A stretch of 64,000 nucleotides of DNA from Octopus sinensis (lineage: Eukaryota). The stretch spans positions 103,974,001 through 104,038,000 of the forward strand of contig NC_042998.1 in NCBI RefSeq assembly GCF_006345805.1, given 5' to 3'. This document shows positions 54,340 to 64,000 of this stretch, in pieces. Each line of letters starts with the position of its first letter. The stretch's first letter is position 1. Made by a program: the position numbers and the translations under genes. The notes beneath the pieces are model-generated. The model worked only from the letters and a program-made list of their open reading frames with translations. It was not told the DNA's origin and did not search any database.

Positions 54340-54970
54340 ATGAAGTGTGGGGACCGGCATATCAAGGAATGAATCCAAAGTCTCCTCTGCGTGTGATAAA
54401 AGGAAACTTTGGAACTCAGCCTTTTGCATGTTGCTCTGGTGGCCCTATCAGAGGTGCATCGGCCAAGGAGAAGTGATGTCTCAACCTTCTATTAGTCTGA
54501 GTGCTCTGATGGTTGGCATGCCAGTGATGTAGCAGGTGCGGTAACCGACTGGCTGGTCCCAATGTTATCAACACACATCAATAAGCGTATTATGTGCCTA
54601 AAGATTTGACAGTATTTGGGTAATATTTCCAGACTTGCAACGCATAATCCGAATATATGAGTGACAGGTTGGTGCGGAAGACAGTCTACACCCAGTAGTG
54701 CTTTGTTGTGGAGAATATCTCCAGCAGAACACTGCCTTCGTCGTCAGAACGGCGTATGAGAGCGATGTCGGTACTTTTGGATGCGATGCTAGGAACGAAA
54801 TTGGTGTGACGCTCCTGCACTTTGTCAAAAGCCATGGACTTCCTATTGCTAGGTCCTAGTACCCACCTCCTGAGCTGCATCGCTGGACTAAGTATTCTAA
54901 TATTGGTCGTATAGCAAAGGAGATCGACTACGTACATGCAGATGTCTGCTGTACACTCATTTAGCTCTGC
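54340..54970 (+). mobile_element. Decayed APE-endonuclease LINE fragment (RTE-like)
   Basis: GTFGCDARNEIGVTLLHFVKSHGL..HRWTKYSN.G..AKEIDYV. Confidence 0.65.
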
Positions 54971-55571
54971 AGGGCTTTTGTGGCACCCAGGAAATAATTA
55001 TCAAAGAACTCCTTTTTAAATCGTACGATGCTATTTCTTTTTAATCTATAAGCTCTCTTCAGTACTTGTAGCGCAGATGGTGGTGGCTGGCAGTAAACGC
55101 TGTCAGAGAGATATGATGCAGTATTCAAAAGCTGATTAGATTATCTTTTCTTGTTATCTTTTCAGTTAAAGACATACAATTCACTATTAATGTAGAAATT
55201 TCTGGCAGTTGTTAAAATTTGGGGCTGTTAACAACACTATTTCGTGAACCGAAAATTTAGTATGGTACAAGAAACAATATCAGAAGAACTCTGATTGCCA
55301 GCTTTTTATCCGGATGCTATATTTCATGGTTGTTCTTCCTTTGCTACATTCATATCTAAGTACTTCTACTATTCTACAGCGGATAACGAATCAAAACCAG
55401 GTCATTTATAAAGGTGTGTTTGATTGGTTTATAGTTTTCTTTCGTCCTACACTCTTGCCCAAAATATATTGGCATATCCTTTTACAATTCAATAATCATG
55501 TCAAGGTTGATTACTGAAAACGTTCAATTTTTGACATATACATTCATAATAACCGCAAATGACCTTGTTAG

Positions 55572-55707
55572 CGAATGAAGGATAAAAGCTCCAGGAATGG
55601 AACGTACTTGTCATTCAGAGGTCCAGGATTGTCATACACTTACGTCACATTGAATATGAATGGCGATTACGCATATGCACTAGTATCTGTACAATACCCA
55701 AACGAAG
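55572..55707 (+). CDS. Candidate exon of an unidentified gene
   Basis: Acceptor ccttgttag, strong donor AAG|gtaaga, open non-repetitive frame RMKDKSSRNGTYLSFRGPGLSYTYVTLNMNGDYAYALVSVQYPNE; no homologue recognised. Confidence 0.2.
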
Positions 55708-55937
55708 GTAAGAAGTTCAGGTGGTTCAAAATCTGGTTTACTCATCGTCAAAAGTAACGGAAATTCATTCGCTTACATTTCATATACACGTCTACACACG
55801 TACACACACATATACACTCTTATATAAAAACGTATGTAAAGGCTGACATTATAACTATAGTTGTTTCGTCCTAGGTCATTCTTGCTCCATGTAACCTACG
55901 ACCAAGAGCGTACCAGCTGTAAACATCTAATTTAGCT

Positions 55938-55998
55938 TTGTTGTTGTTGTTATTGCTGTTGTTGTTATTGCTGTTGTTGTTGCTGTTGTTGTTGTTGC

Positions 55999-56077
<79 letters not shown>
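55938..56077. repeat. (GTT/GCT)n(ATT)n microsatellite
   Basis: Direct reading. Confidence 0.95.
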
Positions 56078-56081
<4 letters not shown>

Positions 56082-57161
56082 CATGGTGTATCTGAGAACG
56101 CAATAATCACATGCCCCATTTTTGAAACAGCAGAATGTATTGTCAAGAAGAATCGACAGAAAAGTTCGAGTAACCACGTACAGACTCTCTCATTGGCTCA
56201 TTATAGATAAAGGCATTAACTATATGGTAGTCTGTTTTACTCTTAAAGTGTGTTGTAATAAGAGTAAGCTTGCTTCAGGCTAAGAATATATTTCTGTCTA
56301 ATTTTCTAAACAAAATTGTCTTAGTCCAACTATAATACTGCCCTACATCATTTTACTATCAATTTCCCATAATAAAAATTCATGTATGCGTATGATTACC
56401 TGTATGTCTCTGTGCGTGTATGTGTATGTGTGTGTACGTGAATGTGTGTGGCTGTATGTACCTTAGTTCTTTGTATAATTTTCTATATCAACTATGTACG
56501 GTTTTGCCATTCTTATGAACAGTAATTACGAAAAGGATCTATCTTTACGTATATGTAAATATAACCGTGTGTGTAGACACATATATATTTTATATTATAC
56601 ATGTAAAAGCATGAAAGACTGCATACACACATGTGTGTATAATATATACATATATATATATATATATATAGTATCATACACACACATACACGCACACAGA
56701 CTCAATCACTCTTACACACACACACATGCACTCATATATATATATATATATATCATATATAAGTACATACTGCATGCCTCATAAATTACAGGTTTCGATT
56801 CTATGACTATCATAATCGCAGAATGTGAAACAACTTAACGATTGAGGAATAAGGGGATAAAAATGTTGTTGTAGAGGATAAGAATTAAGGTCAGCACAAG
56901 GGAAAAGTCAAATGGTTGTGATAACAAAATGTCTGAACCAGCCGTTCATTACAAAGTTTATGAGTGCATCCTTATTCGTGTAGGGTTGAGGCAAATGAAT
57001 AGAATTATATATATACGCGCGCGAGAGAGAACACCCAAACATGCACATGCACACATACACACACAAATATATATGTGTATGTATGTATGTATGTATATGT
57101 ATATATGTATATATATTAATAAATGTGCATATATAAATAGATTCACATATTAGTTCATGTG

Positions 57162-57214
<53 letters not shown>

Positions 57215-57305
57215 TACACACACATATCTAATATTCTTTCTTTTATTCTTTTACTTGTTTCAGTCATATACATATATACATACATATATATATATATACA
57301 TATAT

Positions 57306-57363
<58 letters not shown>

Positions 57364-57452
57364 TATATATACATATATACATATATATATATACTTATAT
57401 ATATGCATGTATATATATGTATGTATATATTTATGTATATATGCATGTATAT

Positions 57453-57502
<50 letters not shown>

Positions 57503-57557
57503 ATATATATATATACACATATATGTGGATATATATATATATACATATATATATATA

Positions 57558-57623
<66 letters not shown>

Positions 57624-57762
57624 TATATTATATATATATGCATATAGAGGCAAACGTAATAAGACTTTGGCAGAACATATATGTTGTAGATGAGAGGATA
57701 TATAAAGAGCGTGAAGGAGACAGGGAAAAACTGGAGAAGATTGTAAGAAAGGCGTGAAATGC

Positions 57763-57776
57763 CCGGAAGCGGAAGT
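57763..57776 (+). promoter_or_regulatory. Tandem ETS-like motifs CCGGAAG-CGGAAGT
   Basis: Two adjacent GGAA cores matching the ETS/GABP consensus in otherwise CpG-poor sequence; function unproven. Confidence 0.25.
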
Positions 57777-60023
57777 CATCAAGTAGAAAGAGAGGTGATG
57801 GTTGTTAGTCATGTTTCCCCACTCCTTAGATTCCATTACGGGTAGTTAGTAATGAATCAAAAATCGTTGCCCAATCTCGGTCTTTCCAAGCAAATAATAA
57901 TTGAAAATAGCCCGGTGGTGTTGGTAGTGGTAGAAGTGCAGGATATAATGGTGGTGGTAGTGGTGTTGTTGTTGTTGTTGGTGGTGGTGGTGTAGTTAGT
58001 AGTGGTGATATTAATGATGGTAGAGGCAACGTTTGTGCTAGTGGTGGCTGTGGCGTCAGTTATGATGATAATGAGGATGGTGTTGATGGTCTAGTTAATA
58101 TATGTGCTTTATAGTGCGGTGCTTGTGGTATTGTTGGTTGTAGTTGATGTTGTTATGGTGGTGGTGGTGCTGCTGCTGGTGCTGGTGGTGGCGGAGGCGG
58201 CGGTGGGGTGCTGCTGGTCGTGGCTGGTGGTCGTGGAGGCAGTCGGTGAGACGTCAGGAGTTAATAGTGATGGGGAGAGAGAGAGAAACCTTAATTTATT
58301 ATTAGGGGAGTAAGGGAGAATAGGGAGTTTGTTCGGAAGAAAGATCAGAGCAGAATAAACTATGCAGAGAAAGTAGGGAGAATGTAACAGCAGAATTGAA
58401 TAAGAGAAATCCACACAAGAGTATAATGACTGGAGGATCCAGCAAATAAGTGAGAGAGACAACTCAAATAATGACACCAGGGTAAGAGAATAAAGTTGAT
58501 AATAAAAAATATGTAAAACCTAAAACAGGAAAAGAGGGTAATTGTGATTCTGTAGGGGATAGGTCTTGGGTAAAAGAATTGGGTAAAAGAATATAGCAAA
58601 TGAATACAGATGAATATAATGTGTTAAATGACTTAATAAGAATTGTTACAGAAAAGTAATTTACTGTGGAGGAAGAAAATATCACAAATGTAGAATAAAA
58701 AATATGGAATATGATTTAGCAAAATCAGAGAAAGGAAGCAATGTGAACGACGGGATTTAATTGTAATGCTCATTATCACAGACCTGAACTATATATACAT
58801 AATATATATATATATATATATATATATACTGAGAGAGTGTGAGAGAGAGGTACTTGACTAGTAATAATCTAATAGACCACTATCGGAAGAACGAAAGGTA
58901 AATAGAACTTCAGTGTAATTTGAACTCGAAATGTAGAGATAGAGACAAGTAACTAGATACTACAAGGCATATTTTTTTTTTTGCCTCTCTTCAGTTTCTC
59001 CCAGTCAACTACCCTAAAATAATTGATACAATTTTGGAGAGTATAACTATCCACGTTGTTTCGTTATGTTGAAAATTGTCATTATAACTCCGATTTCGCT
59101 GTTGAAAGTCTTACTCTCGAACGTTTGTCGTGACAAACAGAATAATGCTTGTCAGAAATTATGTAACAAAGCCATCAAGACTTTGAGATAGGCAACTTAC
59201 AGTAAAATTACTACTAGATATTCCACACCTATTACATGCAATAAAAAGTATATCTCAATTAACACCTCACTTAAATGTTCAGAGTATTTCGGTGGTTTGT
59301 GCTGTAAAATCATGTGATAAAATATCACTGAAATAATACTTAATATTAATAACTAATAGAATAACTAACGAATCGAAAAATACCTTGTGGTATTTTATGC
59401 TCTGAATTCAAATTCCGCTGCATTTTGCTTTGGCTTACAAGCTTCCGTGACATATTAATTATAATACCAGTCAGAAATTAGGGTTCATCTGAGATAGCAT
59501 AGTACAACAGAGCTCAGTTTCTACATTGTAGATATCGCAACCAATCTCTTCTAAACTAGATTGGACGTTTTTAAAGGACGGATACGTTTGATAATATAGT
59601 CTTAGATAGGCTATGTCTCAAAATAAAGTGGGATGATCATTGCCGGAACGCTTTCTAAATCAGTTGCGTTTTAGTGCTAAACAACATTAATAACAACAGC
59701 GAATGTACAAGAAATATTACATAAATTCTTACAGCCTAGGTGAATCAACAGTCAAGTATTAGCAGAAAAATGTAATTGGAAGTTTTTTTTTTATTATATA
59801 TTATTTTCATGTTATATAAAATCAACATTTCTAAAGGAAAATTAATGAAAATAAAATGAAGAATCAATATCAAGATTATAAAAACTTAAACAGCCAATAA
59901 ACGAATTATGAATATTATGAAAACACAAAGACAAATGAAGATAATGTTTAAATAGAGAAACCTCAATACCCATAGTTTTGAAGAGTTTAATAAATCACTG
60001 AGACAAAGTCAGAGTAACCTATT

Positions 60024-60338
60024 GAGACCCCCTTCGGTCATGACTGACCGTGAGATTGAACCTAGAAAGTTACCTTCCCAGGCACAAGTCTGGACAAGTT
60101 TGTTTATGGAAGACCAGCAGTCGCCCATGCATACAGGTCTTCCCTCTCTATGTCACCAGTGTTATCCAAGGGAAAGGCAAAGGCCGATACAGCTTGGCGC
60201 CTGTGACGTCGCAACTCATTTCTACTCATTTCTAAGTGTCTTGCTCAAGAACACAACACGCAGCCCGGTCCGGGATTTGAACTCACAACCTCACGATCGT
60301 AAGCTCAACGCTCTAACCACTGAGCCATGCGCTTTCTC
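60024..60338 (-). mobile_element. SINE family C
   Basis: ccccttcggtcatgactgacc..gggatttgaactcacaacc..ctaaccactgagcc. Confidence 0.85.
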
Positions 60339-61324
60339 AAAGTGTAACCAATGAAAACTATATTCAAAGAGAACTTATTGGAATCTACGAATGGAAAACA
60401 TCATGGAAAAATGTTCCAGGTTCAAATAATTATTTTTTCATTATTTTATTTTCTTTCAATTACAGAAGAGATGCAAAAGGTATACAATTAATCATTCTTA
60501 AATAGCAGCTTTTGATATAACAAATTTAGTGAGGAGTATAGATAAGTCCTCAAAGAACGTGTAATACTGTTGAATATTGAGCCCACAAAATTGAGAATCT
60601 TAGAGTAGCATGAAAATATTTCTGGTGTAAGAATCCCAACTAAAATAACATAACGAATTAAAACAACCTATTTCACAATTCTCTCTCATACCTTGTATAC
60701 CTAGTCTTCCTTGTTTTACTAAACGAAATACTCATACAGTATTACAGATTGTAGATACGATTTACAAGCGAGATTACGAAGATACACTCTCTAGATTGGA
60801 AGCTTGGAAATATATGCAAATTTAAGAAATCCCTTTCAACGCCTGCTTCAGCATATCATTTTTATTAAGCATAAATACACAACTCAACTAAGAATTAGAA
60901 GTGTGTTACTACCATAAAGCAGATGAGTAAATATGTAGAGTTATAAACGAAATAAAGGTGGGAAAGGAAGATAAATGTACGAAACAGCTGTGATAATCAA
61001 ACAACTGGAGCGTATGTAATAATATATGCGTTTAGAAATCCTCAAAAGCAATGCTTCCATCTTTCATACAACGTAAGATGAAAGACGGAAATATTAAATA
61101 TATTTATCAGTCATTTTGTATTCTACATATAGTATATAGTACTTTATCATATCATATTACATTACATACATACATACATGCATACATACATACATACATA
61201 CATACATGCATACATACATACATACATACATACATACATACAGACATGCATACGTACATACATACATACATACATACATACATACATACATACATACATA
61301 CATACATACATACATTGATTTGAC

Positions 61325-62660
61325 TGTTTCCCCTGTATTTGACTGGGAATGTTACGGGTATCTAGGGGTGGATGAAAATATATCTTGCAATGGCACCTGT
61401 AACAAAACACATGTCACTAAAGAGTATTACAGCCGAATAAAGAAAATTTGGTCTTCAGAACTCTCTGCGTTCAAAACAGTGGCCCACAATGTGTCTGCAG
61501 TGCCAGTACTCTTACATTTGGGCTGCTTGATTGGACGCTTGATGAGATCCAAGCCATTGACGTGAAAACCCGAAAAGTACTAACAAGCCCACATAATTTC
61601 CACATATACAGTGACGTAGACCGTCTCAACCTAAAACGGAAACAAGGCGGCAGAGGCTTAACATTGATCAAAAATGCCTTTGAATGTCGCATTATATCCC
61701 TTCGGCAACATCTTTTAACCACCAAGTGTCGAAGTGCTTCCCTTGACCAGGTTTGCTTACATGAGGCTGATAACATATATAGCACTTGGAAGGCAGCTAT
61801 CTGAGCAACACTGTTTGTCTGATAACCTAGAATACATGTCCAAAGAAGTCGCACGACTCTACCACAACGTATCATCAGTTGAAAGGAGGAGCCTATGAGA
61901 GCAGAAGACTATGCATGGATATGTTAGTGGAAAGCTCTGTGGTGATAGTAACATTGATCATCAAAGTAGCTTATCATGGACCAGTAGCCAGATTACTACC
62001 TCCCACTTTGAATGGCATGCGTTTGCAATCCAGGAAGAGGAAATATCAACCAATACCTGATGCACAAAAGGGATAGAGATGCAGGAAAAGCCGTAAAACC
62101 AATGCAGACTTTGTGGAGTTAACACCGAAACTATCACCCGCATCATCGGCAGTTGTCCGAAAATTTCATCACGGTATTATCTACCGATGAGACATGACAC
62201 TCTATAATGAAATCCGTCGGAAGAATAATCCCGAGGACAAACAAATAAGAACCCACAGTATGGTAGAACCCATAACCACTCATAATAAAAAAGAATACTG
62301 GCGGAATCTACCAGTGAAGACATCAATAAAATGTAAGCACAACAGACCTGATATAAGGATTTGGGACAAAGAAGAGAAATTGTGCACAGTTGTGGAAATT
62401 AGCTGTCTAACGGATGTTAACATAAAGCTGAAGATCAGTGAAAGAGAACACCTATGCTGAACTATTGAGAAATCCGCAGATACTCTATCCAGATTACAAG
62501 TTCAGGCTTATACCTGTCGTAATTGTGGCCTTGGGATATGTAACACGCTGCCTAAATACCAATCTTGAGAATTTAGGCTTCTGAAAACCAGAAAGGAGAA
62601 AGCTAATTCGAAGACTACAGATACAGTCCATCTGTAAAAATCTATAAAACTTTCCAGAAG
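61325..62660 (+). mobile_element. R4/Dong-type LINE 3' half (RT thumb, CCHC, REL), pseudogenised
   Basis: [67 protein letters not shown]. Confidence 0.88.
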
Positions 62661-62809
62661 TTTATCATTTTAAAATATATGAGGATGTCTAGATATGCAA
62701 CTACATACATGAGAATACATACATAAAACATACAAATTTTGGCGTATAATGACACAAACATATCGATCTACTTTTAGAATGTAGTGATATAGTTTTGATA
62801 TTGGTTTCA

Positions 62810-63005
62810 ACATTTGGCACACGACCAGCAGTTTGGGGGGAATGAGATAACTTGATTATATGCACTTAGTGCTCAGCTGGTACTCATTTCATCGTTCTCT
62901 GAAGGATGAAATGCTAAGTCGACCTCGGAGGAATTTGAACTCAAGACGTAAAGATGGACGAAATGCCGCCAAGAAGTTTTCCCGGCGTGATAACGATTTC
63001 GCTAG
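62810..63005 (-). mobile_element. SINE family B, diverged
   Basis: ctggtactcattt..gaaggatgaaatgctaagtcgacctcggaggaatttgaactc. Confidence 0.75.
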
Positions 63006-64000
63006 TTATAGAAACATACTGTGAAAAATGTGTGTTTAAATAATACTGAAAAATCTATAAAATGCATCACCTAAAGTAGATCGTTTAGAGGTTCGTATCT
63101 GTGCTTTCTGAATTGTAATAATTATAATACAGCTAAGGACATCCATTCAGTGTTGATAAATAATATGCAAGTCTTGTACAACTATTCTGTTTCTCCGTAT
63201 CTGCGTGTGTTTCTATTTCTGTAAAAAAAATGCCTAAGGCCAGAACTCATAAGCATAGGCTCCACCAGATCTAAAATATGTTTAAAGCATTCTCTACAAC
63301 AACGTCCTTGTAATTCCATCAGAAGATGAAAATTGAAGACAAAGCATAGCAAGGCAATATGCTTGGGTGTGTACGCGTGCACACGCGTGTGTTGCAATTA
63401 CATTCTACCGTTTAGAATATGTTGCAGCCTTTCATGTACAAAGCAAGGGTGATGGTCATTACTGGAACATCTGTCTTGGGTTTTAACATCAACAAACACA
63501 CATAAAGCATAGATGCATAGGCTAAAAACCATTGCAATGTGGTTTCTAGATACACAATATTAAAAGGTCAAATCTTGATTAGCTTTCATTACAGGTATGA
63601 CCGATAGATCACATCTAGTCTGGTACTAAGCAATAACAAAAGTTAATCTTACATCGTCTGAACAAGGGGACCTTCACGTTTAAGCGAGAGATATGAGAAA
63701 GACAGAAAGAGAGCGAGATGAAAAAGAGAGGGAGAGAGTGATATGTGTACGTTTGTACGTATGTGTGTGTCGATTATTATGAGCTTTTAAGTATGTATTG
63801 GATGTCACTGCTTATTAACACGACTGCATAAAAGATGTTTCCATGTCTAATGAGCATACTTTACAATTAAATATTCTGTTTATGAATATGTCCTTAACAC
63901 TCGCTTCATTCTCTTATGCAAGGAAAAGGTTATCATGACACGATTTAATTATATTGGCTTGTGAGCCGATTGTAACCGTGCTACACTTGATTTATCAGGA

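Noticed and set aside
57940-58280. Gly/Ala/Val-rich coding-like tract
   Set aside because: Degenerate (GGT/GTT/GCT)n with stops.
63133-63218. Minus-strand terminal exon EIETHADTEKQNSCTRLAYYLSTLNGCP*
   Set aside because: Only a T-rich acceptor supports it; no recognisable protein.

Overview
Eukaryotic, AT-rich, repeat-dense non-coding DNA, most likely an octopus (coleoid cephalopod) intron or intergenic region. The species call is inference from the SINE families, extreme microsatellite load and LINE content; no database was consulted. No host gene is confidently identifiable, only weak exon candidates, and nearly all track ORFs are microsatellite artefacts or decayed transposon proteins. Recognisable content: three tRNA-headed SINE families (one in tandem arrays), R4/Dong-type RLE LINEs, a CR1 LINE, RTE-type LINEs, several Penelope-like elements (RT/GIY-YIG), Tc1/mariner elements (DD36E, DD34D-type, DD40D, maT-like, a MITE), a Helitron-like fragment and a CCHC gag/ORF1-like fragment. 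Two signals stand out. (1) A cluster of type I hammerhead-ribozyme motifs between 31 and 44 kb: two near-canonical ones with palindromic helix III and long helix II, plus four variant or decayed ones. (2) Recurrent fold-back inverted duplications with arms of 101, 48, 17, 14 and 10 bp.
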